A DNA stretch of 64,000 bases from an uncultured Verrucomicrobiae bacterium (GCA_963809845.1 CAWELO010000014.1:157307-221306), one strand, 5' to 3'; positions 47,672-57,336 are shown, numbered from the stretch's first letter. Translations and numbers: made by a program. Notes: a model not told the origin generated them from the sequence alone.

Positions 47672-47820
47672 GCGCATCCCGGCAGTATCCCCCCGCCGAA
47701 CACGGCTAGACGCGGGAGCGCCGGCTTTGAGCCGGCTTAGCGCCTCCCATATCCATAGGAGCACGACAAGGATCGCCGAGCGCCGTAAGCCGGCTCTCCG
47801 GGGGTACTGCCGGGACGCAC
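47672..47820. mobile_element. MITE-like ~150-bp element with ~20-bp terminal inverted repeats (family C)
   Basis: The left TIR is gcgcatcccggcagtatcccc and the right TIR is ggggtactgccgggacgcac. An internal hairpin is GCCGGCT-ttg-AGCCGGC. A second copy lies at 57696-57852. Confidence 0.55.
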
Positions 47821-47937
47821 CCCCTCTCCAAAATCCCCTGCCATCGGGCTTGACCCATTCGCATTTGTCGCCAATCCTGGCAGCACCGAAGCAGGCTTTT
47901 GTCGTCTCCCGCCAACCGCCGGCTCCGAATAAATTGC

Positions 47938-50019
47938 ATGAACGAAAGAACTTTGTTTACTCACGCCCTCGTCGCCTTCGCCTGTGCCAGTCTTTCGGCC
48001 GCTCTTGGTTCCCAGGACCCGGCGGGAACCTCCTCCGCCTCTGCCGATGCCGGCATGGGCCCTCGAATCCCCCGGTTTGATGTCGGCTACATGGATGACG
48101 CGATCCAACCGGGAACCGATTTCTATCATTACGCGGACGGCGGCTGGCTCAAGCGCAATCCCATCCCCGCCGACAAGTCGCGGTGGGGGGCCTTTATGGA
48201 GCTGCAGGAGCGAAACTGGTTTCTCATTCATGGAATTTTGAACAATGCCCTCACCTGCAATCCGCCGGCCAATTCGCCGACCGAAAAAGTTGCCAACTTT
48301 TTCCGTTCGGCCATGGATACCAACCGGCTGGAGGAACTCGGGTTAAAGCCGTTGCAGCCGGATCTGAAGCGGATCGATGATCTGGGCTCCGCCGCGGACG
48401 TGTTGAAATTGCTGGCTGATTTCCACGGGCGGGGTGTGGGCGCCTGTTTTTCGCGATCGGCCTCACCGGATGCCAAGAACAGTTCGGTCTATGCGTTCTA
48501 CCTGGGGCAAGGGGGGCTGGGGCTTCCCGACCGCGACTATTACCTGACGGAGCGGTTTGCCAAGCAGCGCGAGGCGTACGCCGAGCACGTGGCGAAGATG
48601 TTCGGTTTGCTGGGCGAGGCGCCGGAGGTGGCTAAGGCCCATGCCGCTACCGTGCTGGACCTCGAGACCGCCCTGGCCAAGGCCAGCAAGTCCCGGGTCG
48701 ATCTGCGTGATCCGGTTGCCAATTACCACAAGGTTTCCGTGGCCAGCCTGCTCGCGGATTACCCGGACAGCGATTTCAAGGTCTATCTCGAGGCTTCCGG
48801 CGTGGGCGGTCTCACCGATGTCATCATCGAGCAGCCGGAGTTTTTCCGTTCCCTTTACGCCATGAGCCGGGAACGTCCGCTGGACGACTGGAAGACCTAT
48901 TTGCGCTGGCACTTGATTCACGCCAGCGCCCCGTATCTGAACGCGGCGGCGGAGCAGGAGTCGTTTCACTTTTATGGCCAGGTGCTCCGCGGCCAGGAAG
49001 TGCAGGAGCCGCGCTGGCAGCGCTCGGCCCGGGTGATCGATGGGGAAATCGGCGAGGCCCTGGGCCAGCTCTTTGTGGAAAAGTATTTCCCGCCGGCCGC
49101 GCGCGCCCGCATGACGGAGCTGGTGCAAAATCTCAAGGCCGTGTTTCGCGACCGGCTGCAAAAGCTGGATTGGATGACGGAGACCACCCGCGACAAGGCG
49201 CTGGCCAAGTTCGACCGCTTCACCCAGAAAATCGGTTACCCGGAGAAATTCCGCGATTACTCGACCGTCGAGATTCGCCCGGACGATTACCTGGGGAATA
49301 TCCAGCGGGCGGACCAATTTGAGACTCAGCGGAGGCTGCGGCGCATTGGCCAGCCGGTGGATCGGACCGAGTGGCACATGACCCCCGAGACGGTCAATGC
49401 CTACTTCAACCCGTTGCAGAATGAAATCGTCTTCCCGGCCGGCATTCTGCAACCGCCTTTCTTCGACATGCAGATGGATGATGCGGTGAATTACGGCGGC
49501 ATTGGCGCCGTGATCGGACATGAGATGACCCACGGTTATGATGACGAGGGGCGAAAGTACGACGCGGATGGGAACCTGAACGACTGGTGGAGCGAGGCGG
49601 ACGCCAAGGCCTTCGACGAGCGCGCCCAAAAGGTGGTGGACCAGTACAACGCCTATGAAGTCTTGCCCGGCACCCACGTGAATGGGAAATTGACCCTCGG
49701 CGAGAACATTGCCGACCTGGGTGGCGTCACCATCGCCTACGAGGCGCTGGAACGCGTGCTGGCCAAAGACCCGTCCAAACGGAAGAACATCGACGGCTTT
49801 ACCCCCGAACAACGGTTCTTCCTGTCGTTCTCGCAAATCTGGCGCACGAACTGCCGGGAAGCGGAGGCCCGGCGATTGGTTACTGTGGACCCGCACAGCC
49901 CCGGTCAATTCCGCGCCATCGGCGCCCATGTCAACCTGGAGCAGTTCTTCGACGCCTTTGGAATTAAATCCGGCATGCCCATGTGGCGTCCGGTCGAGGC
50001 GCGGGCAAAGATCTGGTGA
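47938..50019 (+). CDS. M13-family zinc metallopeptidase (PepO / endothelin-converting-enzyme-like)
   Basis: Start at MNERTLFTHALVAFACASLSAALG (signal peptide). Motifs are NAYFNPLQNEIVFPAGILQPPFF, the HExxH site VIGHEMTHGYDDEGR, and GENIADLGG. Confidence 0.9.
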   Translation: MNERTLFTHALVAFACASLSAALGSQDPAGTSSASADAGMGPRIPRFDVGYMDDAIQPGTDFYHYADGGWLKRNPIPADKSRWGAFMELQERNWFLIHGILNNALTCNPPANSPTEKVANFFRSAMDTNRLEELGLKPLQPDLKRIDDLGSAADVLKLLADFHGRGVGACFSRSASPDAKNSSVYAFYLGQGGLGLPDRDYYLTERFAKQREAYAEHVAKMFGLLGEAPEVAKAHAATVLDLETALAKASKSRVDLRDPVANYHKVSVASLLADYPDSDFKVYLEASGVGGLTDVIIEQPEFFRSLYAMSRERPLDDWKTYLRWHLIHASAPYLNAAAEQESFHFYGQVLRGQEVQEPRWQRSARVIDGEIGEALGQLFVEKYFPPAARARMTELVQNLKAVFRDRLQKLDWMTETTRDKALAKFDRFTQKIGYPEKFRDYSTVEIRPDDYLGNIQRADQFETQRRLRRIGQPVDRTEWHMTPETVNAYFNPLQNEIVFPAGILQPPFFDMQMDDAVNYGGIGAVIGHEMTHGYDDEGRKYDADGNLNDWWSEADAKAFDERAQKVVDQYNAYEVLPGTHVNGKLTLGENIADLGGVTIAYEALERVLAKDPSKRKNIDGFTPEQRFFLSFSQIWRTNCREAEARRLVTVDPHSPGQFRAIGAHVNLEQFFDAFGIKSGMPMWRPVEARAKIW

Positions 50020-50304
50020 AGCGCCGGTCCGGGCTATCACCTGTTGGATCCTGGCGGCGGCAACGGGGTGAAACCAAGGCTCCTGCTGGACGCCCTGATC
50101 GAGCCGGCCGCCTGCCTCCCGGTGGAGGTCTCGGGTGAACAGCTCGTCGCTTGCGCCAGCCAGCTCGCGCGCGAACACCCCCGGCTCCGGGTTCCGCCGC
50201 TCCGCGCGGATTACACCCGGGAGTTCGAACTCGCCGACTTGCCTGCGAACGGAGCGCGGCGCGCGGTGGACAGCGGGAGGCATCCCTGCCACACTTTTCC
50301 CGCA

Positions 50305-51561
50305 ATGAACGTCCAGCTCGCCTATGGCCAGGGCCGGCTCCCGGTGGAACTGCCGGAGGCTTGCACCACCGTGATCGAACCATCCCACGCGCTGGGTCTT
50401 CCGGACGAACGCGGCGCGGTCCTCAACGCCCTGGCCCAACCCGTCGCCGCTCGTCCGCTGCGCGAGTGGATAAAACCCGGGGCGCACATTTGCGTGGTGT
50501 TCACCGACATTACCCGGGCGACTCCGAACCACCGTCTGATTCCTTGGTTGCTGGACTACCTCGAAGACGTGCCCCACGAGGCCATTACGCTCTTGAACGC
50601 GCTGGGTGGGCACCGCCCCAACACCCAAGCCGAGCTCGAGACGATGCTGACCCCTGTGGTCGCGCGAAAATACCGCGTGCTGAATCACGAGCCGGAAAAT
50701 CCGCAGGCGCTGGTTCCGCTCGGCACGACTCGCGACGGCGTCCCGGCGCTCCTCAACCGCACATTTGTGGAAGCCGATGTGCGCATCGTCACCGGTTTTA
50801 TCGAACCCCACTTTTTTGCCGGGTTCAGCGGCGGTCCCAAGGGGATCATGCCGGGCGTGGCCGGCCTGAAAACGATCGTAAGCAATCATGGCGCGAAGAA
50901 CATCGGCGACCCTCGGGCCACCTTCGGGATTACCCAGGGCAACCCGATCTGGGAGGAAATGCGCGATATCGCCCTGCGCGCGGGGTCCAGCTTCCTTCTG
51001 AATGTCGCGTTGAACAACGACCGCAAAATCACCGGGGTATTCGCCGGAGATCTTGTGGCCGCCCACCGGCTCGGTTGCGAGTTCGTGAGGGCTTCGGCGA
51101 TGCAGCAGGTCGAAGCACCGTTCGACCTCGTGATCACCACGAACAGCGGGTATCCGCTGGATCAAAACCTGTATCAGGGGGTCAAGGGCATGAGCGCAGG
51201 GGCGCGCATCGTCAAGCCGGGTGGCACGCTGATCCTGGCGTGCGAATGCCGCGAGGGCGTTCCGGCCAACAGCAGCTTCGAGCAAATCCTCCGCCGGTCC
51301 GCAAGCCCGGAAGCGGTGCTGACCTTGTTGGCGGATCCGAACTGTTCTTTGCCCGACCAGTGGCAGGCGCAAATTCAAGCCCTCATCCAACGCCAGGCGC
51401 GCGTGCTGCTTTATAGCTCCCTTCCCGAGGAGGCGGTCCGGGCCGCGCACCTCATCCCTTGCCAGGACATCCGTGCCGCCGTTCGGGAATGCCTCGACCG
51501 GAATCCCGCGGCCCGCATCGCGGTCCTGCCCCAGGGGCCACTGACCATCCCCTATCTATGA
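50305..51561 (+). CDS. larA: LarA-like (nickel-dependent lactate racemase family, DUF2088) protein
   Basis: Start at MNVQLAYGQGRLPVELPE. Motifs are VFTDITRATP, ALGGHRP, TGFIEPHFFAGFSGGPKGIMPG and QGVKGMSAGA. The true substrate is unknown. Confidence 0.75.
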   Translation: MNVQLAYGQGRLPVELPEACTTVIEPSHALGLPDERGAVLNALAQPVAARPLREWIKPGAHICVVFTDITRATPNHRLIPWLLDYLEDVPHEAITLLNALGGHRPNTQAELETMLTPVVARKYRVLNHEPENPQALVPLGTTRDGVPALLNRTFVEADVRIVTGFIEPHFFAGFSGGPKGIMPGVAGLKTIVSNHGAKNIGDPRATFGITQGNPIWEEMRDIALRAGSSFLLNVALNNDRKITGVFAGDLVAAHRLGCEFVRASAMQQVEAPFDLVITTNSGYPLDQNLYQGVKGMSAGARIVKPGGTLILACECREGVPANSSFEQILRRSASPEAVLTLLADPNCSLPDQWQAQIQALIQRQARVLLYSSLPEEAVRAAHLIPCQDIRAAVRECLDRNPAARIAVLPQGPLTIPYL

Positions 51562-52436
51562 GGTCAATGGCCCGGATCCCGACCGATTCGGAGGCCGGTG
51601 CCGCGCTCCCGGGCGGGGAAGCCCGGCCTTTCTTGAAATGGGCCGGGGGCAAAGCCCAGTTGCTGGCGCAGTTCGAGCCGTTTTTCCCCTCCGCCTTCCA
51701 GCGCTATGTCGAGCCGTTCGTCGGAGGCGGCGCGGTCTTCTTTCATCTCCGGGCTCGGTTTCCCGGCGTTCCCTGCCGGCTGTGCGATCGCAATGAAGAA
51801 CTGATTCATTGCTACACCGCCGTTCGGGATGACGCGGTCGCGTTGATGCGGAAACTGGACGGACACCTGGAGCGCTTTCTCGCCCGTCCCAAAGACTATT
51901 ACTACCAGGTTCGCGCCCGGCATCACCTCAGCGATCCAGTGGACCGGGCGGCGCGCATGATCTTTCTCAACAAGACCTGTTTTAACGGGCTCTGGCGGGT
52001 GAACGCGAAAGGAGAGTTTAACGTGCCGATTGGGTCGCGGAAAAAGACCGTCCTCTATGATCCGGACAAACTCCTCGCCGCCAGCCAGGCTCTCCAAGGG
52101 GTTCAACTCGCCGTCCAGGATTTTCAAACCACGCTCAGCCGGACCGGTCCGGGGGATTTCGTTTACCTTGATCCACCGTATGACCCGGCGTCCCGGACGG
52201 CTTGTTTTACCTCGTACACCAAGGACGAATTCGGACCGGCGCGGCAAAAGGAACTTGCCGCGAGCTTCCGCGCGGCCAGCAAACGAGGCGCAAAGCTGCT
52301 CTTGTCCAACTCGAACACGCCTTTGATCCGCGAACTCTATAAGGGGTGCCGAATCGAACTCGTGCAGGCGCGGCGGCGGATCAATTCGGAAGGCAAGGGC
52401 AGGGGGGCTGTGGCTGAAGTGCTGGTCGCAGCCTGA
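51558..52436 (+). CDS. dam: Dam-family (D12 class) N6-adenine DNA methyltransferase
   Basis: PFLKWAGGKAQLL, EPFVGGGAVFF, FLNKTCFNGLWRVN, FNVP.G and YLDPPY. The ATG at 51558 overlaps the larA-like TGA as ATGA. Confidence 0.85.
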   Translation: MRSMARIPTDSEAGAALPGGEARPFLKWAGGKAQLLAQFEPFFPSAFQRYVEPFVGGGAVFFHLRARFPGVPCRLCDRNEELIHCYTAVRDDAVALMRKLDGHLERFLARPKDYYYQVRARHHLSDPVDRAARMIFLNKTCFNGLWRVNAKGEFNVPIGSRKKTVLYDPDKLLAASQALQGVQLAVQDFQTTLSRTGPGDFVYLDPPYDPASRTACFTSYTKDEFGPARQKELAASFRAASKRGAKLLLSNSNTPLIRELYKGCRIELVQARRRINSEGKGRGAVAEVLVAA

Positions 52437-52521
52437 GCGGAGCGCCGGCGTTCGCGCCCGGGAAAAAGGGTGGGGGCGGCCGCAGGTCGCCAGGGAAAGC
52501 GAGCCCGGTTGGGTGGAGCTT

Positions 52522-53139
52522 TTAGCCCGGGCGTCCGGCCAGACCCGAAGTCTTGCCGCGCGTCAGGTCAGGGAAGTTCAGTTGCAAGGTTTGGTAGAAG
52601 ACCTCGGGGTGCTCCTTGTCCCACAGCGGCATCGCGGCATCGAGCGCGTCCAACAAATCCCGCACCTGTTCCGAACTCGGCAAGAGAAACCGGCAGCCAT
52701 GCTTTTGGCGCAGTTCATAGACCTGCGCCGAGCCCACCCGCATTTCCTTAACCTCGCGGAACGTATCGAGCCAGAACTCGACGCGCACGGCTTTAGCCGC
52801 GGCTGCCTCCGCCGCGGGAGGGGTGGTTTCGGGCCTGGCCAGTTTGAAATGCGCGGGAGGCTCGCTTTGCGCCTGAAGGGGCCGGCCCTGCGTTCGGCTC
52901 ATTTCGCCACCACCTTCCCGCGCCGGCGCGGCCGGGAGGCCAGGCTTTCCGGCCGAGCTTCCTGCTGGGGGAACTTCAGGTTGCGGAGGGGCGGGGGAGA
53001 CCGGGCGGGGCGGGCCTTTCTTGTATTGGCGGATGAGGCTGGCCGCCTGGGTCAGAGTGAGTGGCCGGGCGATCATGTAGCCGAGCTTCTTCAACTGATC
53101 GACCTGCTGTTCGGTAGCCGGTTCGTCTGGCCAGTCCAT
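52522..53139 (-). CDS. Hypothetical protein with a central Pro-rich linker
   Basis: 205-aa ORF. The N-terminus is MDWPDEPATEQQVDQLKKLGY and the C-terminus is WLDTFREVKEMRVGSAQVYELRQKHG. I recognise no family. Confidence 0.5.
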   Translation of the reverse strand: MDWPDEPATEQQVDQLKKLGYMIARPLTLTQAASLIRQYKKGPPRPVSPAPPQPEVPPAGSSAGKPGLPAAPAREGGGEMSRTQGRPLQAQSEPPAHFKLARPETTPPAAEAAAAKAVRVEFWLDTFREVKEMRVGSAQVYELRQKHGCRFLLPSSEQVRDLLDALDAAMPLWDKEHPEVFYQTLQLNFPDLTRGKTSGLAGRPG

Positions 53140-53394
53140 ACCAGGACAAGTGGGGTTAAAGGCTTACCGTTTACTCTGCTCCCCTGGTCGTCGCTTTGCA
53201 AGTCCCTTTCCATACCCCGAAGCCGCAGGCACGCGCCCGCAAGACTTCCGAAAGAGACACGAAAAACGCGAAATACGCGAAAGAATGAGCCGCTTTTTCA
53301 CGGTGCGTGCATTTCGCAGCGGGACGCGCTCACGCTCGGGCCGCCTGGTGCATGGCCCGTGGTGCATCGGTCGCGCCGATGCGACTTGGGCGCG

Positions 53395-53862
53395 CTACTT
53401 CCAAAATTGCCACCAGCGTTTTCGAGGCGGGTGCTTCCACTCCTCGTAGCGCCGCGTAATGACTGGCGCGAGCTTTTCATAGTTCTCCCAGGTGTCCGCC
53501 ACGTGCCAAAAACTCGGCAACCCCGCCGCCAGCACTCGCTTATAATCGGCGAAGTACGCCCCACGTTCGCCGGCCTCGTCCCGGTAGTAATGTTCGGCGA
53601 AGGCGTTGCCCTCGACATTCAAATCCTTTTCGGCGAATTGCTCTTTGCAAGCGGCTGCGAAGAACTGCCGGCCGGTAATTTGGCGGTCGCGCAACTGGGC
53701 GACGAGCGCGGAGGAATGTTGCTCGTGAAAATCGTTCAGGAGTTTGCCCATGGCCGCCCAGGCCAGGAACATCCCCATGTGCGTCGCCGCATGTCCCTTC
53801 GGCAAAGGCTCGGCCTCGGTGCTGTAATCGTAATCGGCGCGATCGTAAGCCATGGATGGCAT
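53395..53862 (-). CDS. Hypothetical protein
   Basis: 155-aa ORF with a conserved-looking core, GHAATHMGMFLAWAAMGKLL. The family is not confidently recalled. Confidence 0.5.
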   Translation of the reverse strand: MPSMAYDRADYDYSTEAEPLPKGHAATHMGMFLAWAAMGKLLNDFHEQHSSALVAQLRDRQITGRQFFAAACKEQFAEKDLNVEGNAFAEHYYRDEAGERGAYFADYKRVLAAGLPSFWHVADTWENYEKLAPVITRRYEEWKHPPRKRWWQFWK

Positions 53863-54311
53863 TCTATACCCAAAGGCGGCGGCGCTAATCGAGGGAAATC
53901 TGGGCTCGGTCCCGCCCTTTTACAAAGAGGCGCCCAGGGGTCGCGCGAGGCAGGATCAGGCGTGTCAGGCCATCGGTCAGTTCCATTTCGTGGAAGTTAA
54001 CGGCCAGCCCCAGTAGTATTTTCAGCCGCTTCATAGAGCTCGGGAGCTGTGGCTTGTGGATCGGCAGGATCTCCTGACCACACTTGGGTTCCAACCAGGG
54101 GCAACCCTCGACCGGAGCGTCGAGGGGGCGCCAATTACGTGCTGGCTCAATTCTTCAGCCCTGGGGAACAGCACACCAAGCAAACAAAGGAAACGAAGCC
54201 CCTTGTCCCGCACCCCCCCAGCGCGCTTACGGGCTTTGTATCATTGACACTCTCAGGCTACATTTGGAGAATAACATTTCAGGAAACCGGGCCTTAAGCT
54301 TTGGAGCTGAC

Positions 54312-54755
54312 ATGAGTGCCTTCGCAGTGCTGCATATCGACGACGATCCGAACGACGCGTTCTTCGTCCAGCGAGCCTTTCTGAAAGCGAACCTGGGAGT
54401 CACGGTCTTTCATGTGCCGGATGGCGTGAAAGCGATGGACTATCTTTCCGGCGCAGGTGCCTACGCCGATCGCGCGCATTTCCCTCTTCCGTCCGTGGTG
54501 CTTTTGGATCTTAAAATTCCGCTGCTGGATGGCTTCGAGCTGCTGTCCTGGGCTCGCAACCAGGCGCCACTCCGGCGCCTGCCCATCTACATTCTGAGCT
54601 CGTCGGATCATGTGCGCGATCGCACGCGGGCGCGGGAGCTCGGCGCCGACGAATTTTTCGTCAAGACGGCGACGTTTCCGGACGTGATTGAAAAGGTGAG
54701 GAGTTTGCTGCCCGCAAGCGCGTCCGCGGCGGCCGCCCGGCTTCGGACAGTTTGA
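54312..54755 (+). CDS. Single-domain response regulator (CheY-like receiver)
   Basis: MSAFAVLHIDDDPNDAFFV... The phospho-acceptor region is VVLLDLKIPLLDG. Then ILSSS and DEFFVKT. Confidence 0.85.
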   Translation: MSAFAVLHIDDDPNDAFFVQRAFLKANLGVTVFHVPDGVKAMDYLSGAGAYADRAHFPLPSVVLLDLKIPLLDGFELLSWARNQAPLRRLPIYILSSSDHVRDRTRARELGADEFFVKTATFPDVIEKVRSLLPASASAAAARLRTV

Positions 54756-54830
54756 AAGCGGCGGGGCGGTCGAGGGCTGGGGTAGCTTTGGGGTAGCGGA
54801 CGCTTCGTTGCTTCACTGCGGGTGCCGAGA

Positions 54831-56594
54831 TCACCCCGGCAGTTCGGAGGAAACATCGAAGCGATCGAACCAATACCCGAGCAGGAGGAATCCCAGGGCG
54901 GCCTCGCCGGCGAGCACCAGGGCCGCGGCCAGAGCGGCGAGCGGGATGGCGGGTGTTGCGCCGAGCACGAACCTGGCCAAAAAGAATACCAGCGTGAAGA
55001 CAATCGCCGCGGGAATGAGCGCCAGGAGAAAAATCAGGAGCTGGCCCAGCATGAAAATGATTCGTTGACCGGTGGCTTCGATGCCCTGCGCGGCTTCCTT
55101 GCCGGGCTGGAACCACGCGGGGAAAAGCAGCACGGCGGAATTTGGGATGAGCAACAGGATCAGGTTGAGCACCGGCACCAACAGGGCGGCGCCGAGCCCG
55201 ATCGCCAGGCTGCTCACGCCGCCCGGGAGCCGTTCATCGCTGCGCCAGACCAGGCCGGCGCCGACGATGAGCAGGCACCATTGGATGGCGGTCAAAATTA
55301 CAGCCGGGGCCAGCAACTCCCCGAGCACCACCTGCCAGCCGCGCAAGGGGTAGAGCTTGAGGACATCCGCCACCGCCAGGTCCTGGCGCAGGTCCTGCCG
55401 CAACACCTGGGGCCCGAGGAATAAGGACCAAACGAGCAAACCGCACACCACCATGCCGGTGGCGAAAAGCCCGCCGGAATCCGAGGCGATCTGGCGCACG
55501 AGAACGCACAAAACCACCGCCAGCATCACCAGGATAACCCACATCCGCACCGTGAAGGCCTGGCCCGTGCTGATCACATTCTTCCAAATCAAAGCCACCA
55601 TCGGCGGGCCGGTGGGACTGAGGGTAAACGGCGGGCGCTTGGGGGAAAACCCCTTCCTGGCCTGCCAGTTGCCCGAGCGAACTGCCGCGACTTTTTCCGC
55701 CAGCCGCCGCGAGGCGGTGATCGACGCTTCTTCGAAGGCCACATTGGATCGAATGACCCAGAGATAATGCAAGGCCAGGAGCAACGCCGCCGGCAGGAGC
55801 GCCTCGAGGAACGCCACGCCGTTCGGCGCCAAATACGGACGCACGACCAACCGCAGCGGGTAGAGCACGTAGGGCACCGGTCCGGAAGTGACGACGAGAT
55901 GAAAATAGTGCTGCGCCCGGGCTGCGAGTTGGTCCAGCGGCTGTGAGACATCCCACCCGGAGGCGTCGAAAGGGGGCAGGGTGCGCCAGGCCCACAGTCC
56001 GACCGCGGCAGCCAGGGCGGCGACCAGCGCGAGGATCATCCCACGGCGCTGCCAGTTGCTGATGCCCCGCTCGAGCAGCATCGTCCGCGCGAACGATGAG
56101 CCCAGCAGGTGCAGGTTCAGCGTCGAGAGGATCACCCACCAGCCCGCGGCGTGAATCCAGAATCGGCCGCCAAACCGGTTCGTGACCAGCATGAGAAAAA
56201 GGGTCGTGAACAGGATGGCGGTCTGCGAGCGCAAGAGTTTGAAGTGGATCAGACCGCGGCGGCTGATGGGCGCCGGAAAAAGGAAGGCCACCTCCGCTTC
56301 GGTGAACGCCAGCGCGGCGCGCTCGTGCGGCACCAGCCACGCCAGCAACACCGCGACGAACAGCAGGCACGCGCCAATGGCTTCGAACAGCCCGGCATCG
56401 GCGGCAAACCCCGGCGCCGCCAGGGCGGGACGGGAACCGCCCCTGCCAAACAGATACCGCACGAAGTAAAAATAGAAATAAAGCGCGCCTACCAGGGCGC
56501 CGGCGAGGTATTTGGGCCGCTTGAGCCGCTTGAGCCGCTGCCAGGTGCGGTTCTTGAAGGAACAAGCCTGCAGATAGAGCAGCGCGCGGTACAC
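54831..56594 (-). CDS. Polytopic membrane protein, putative ABC-exporter permease partner
   Basis: 587 aa with at least 10 hydrophobic segments. It starts 13 bp downstream of the ABC ATPase. Confidence 0.7.
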   Translation of the reverse strand: MYRALLYLQACSFKNRTWQRLKRLKRPKYLAGALVGALYFYFYFVRYLFGRGGSRPALAAPGFAADAGLFEAIGACLLFVAVLLAWLVPHERAALAFTEAEVAFLFPAPISRRGLIHFKLLRSQTAILFTTLFLMLVTNRFGGRFWIHAAGWWVILSTLNLHLLGSSFARTMLLERGISNWQRRGMILALVAALAAAVGLWAWRTLPPFDASGWDVSQPLDQLAARAQHYFHLVVTSGPVPYVLYPLRLVVRPYLAPNGVAFLEALLPAALLLALHYLWVIRSNVAFEEASITASRRLAEKVAAVRSGNWQARKGFSPKRPPFTLSPTGPPMVALIWKNVISTGQAFTVRMWVILVMLAVVLCVLVRQIASDSGGLFATGMVVCGLLVWSLFLGPQVLRQDLRQDLAVADVLKLYPLRGWQVVLGELLAPAVILTAIQWCLLIVGAGLVWRSDERLPGGVSSLAIGLGAALLVPVLNLILLLIPNSAVLLFPAWFQPGKEAAQGIEATGQRIIFMLGQLLIFLLALIPAAIVFTLVFFLARFVLGATPAIPLAALAAALVLAGEAALGFLLLGYWFDRFDVSSELPG

Positions 56595-56607
56595 TCAGTT
56601 CACCTGC

Positions 56608-57336
56608 TCATTGGCGATCTTCGGTTGCGCGGAAGAACACCTCTTCCAGCGTCGTGTCGCCGGCGCGCTCGGAGAATTTCTGCCGGATCTCCGCGATCGT
56701 GCCATCGGCGATCTTTCGCCCGCTCTTCAGGATCAGGATGTGAGAGCAAATCTCCTCGACCACGTGCAGCAGGTGCGAGCTGATAATGATCGCCGCCCCG
56801 TCCCGGGCGCGTTTCAGGATCGAGTCCTTCATTCGCCGGATGCCGATGGGATCCAGGCCGGTCAAGGGTTCGTCGAAATAAATCACCTTCGGGGCGTGCA
56901 ACAGGCCGCAGGCAATGGCCAGTTTCTGCTTCATGCCCCGCGACAATTCGCCCGGCAACGCGTCCCGCTTGGGGCCGAGTTCCAATTCTTCGAGCAACGG
57001 GTTCGCGATGGTTTCGTAGTCCCGCACCTGGTAGATCCGCGCGGTAAAGGCCAGGTGTTGCCGCACCGTCAGGTAATCAAAGAGGCGGGGTTCGTCGGTG
57101 AAAAACGCCAGTTGGCGTTTGGCGGCGATGGGCTCGCGGCCCAGGTCGTGCCCGCAGATGCTGACCGTTCCGCGCGTTGGGGGGATAATGCCCGAGAGGC
57201 AGCGCAACGTGGTGGTCTTGCCGGCCCCGTTCGGTCCGACCAGGCCCAGGACCTCCCCCAGCCGCACCGAAAAGGATAACTGGTCCACAGCGACGAATTC
57301 GCCGTACAATTTGGTCAGGCCTTCAACCTGGATCAT
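56608..57336 (-). CDS. ABC transporter ATP-binding protein
   Basis: Start at MIQVEGLTKLYGEF. Walker A is GPNGAGKTT, the signature is LSRGMKQKLAIA, and Walker B is VIYFDEPLTGLD. Confidence 0.9.
   Translation of the reverse strand: MIQVEGLTKLYGEFVAVDQLSFSVRLGEVLGLVGPNGAGKTTTLRCLSGIIPPTRGTVSICGHDLGREPIAAKRQLAFFTDEPRLFDYLTVRQHLAFTARIYQVRDYETIANPLLEELELGPKRDALPGELSRGMKQKLAIACGLLHAPKVIYFDEPLTGLDPIGIRRMKDSILKRARDGAAIIISSHLLHVVEEICSHILILKSGRKIADGTIAEIRQKFSERAGDTTLEEVFFRATEDRQ

Noticed and set aside
48463-51450. 995-aa minus-strand ORF, the longest ORF in this part of the window
   Set aside because: It lies antisense to two well-supported plus-strand genes, the M13 peptidase (HExxH) and the LarA-like gene. 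Its translation is Arg/Gly/Ala/Pro-rich with no motifs. This is a typical stop-poor antisense frame in high-GC DNA.
52513-54000. 495-aa plus-strand ORF
   Set aside because: It runs antisense across two separate minus-strand ORFs (52522-53139 and 53395-53862) and the spacer between them. The translation is Arg/Gly-rich with no motifs.
53885-54094. 69-aa minus-strand ORF (MKRLKILLGLAVNFHEMELTDGLTRLILPRATPGRLFVKG...), considered as a transposase or RAYT fragment
   Set aside because: It lacks the YH/HuH-type motifs and has no supporting context. It is too short to call.
55234-56565. 443-aa alternative-frame minus-strand ORF inside the ABC permease gene
   Set aside because: The 587-aa frame (54831-56594) gives regular hydrophobic helices. 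The alternative frame is Arg/Pro/Gly-rich and is an artefact.
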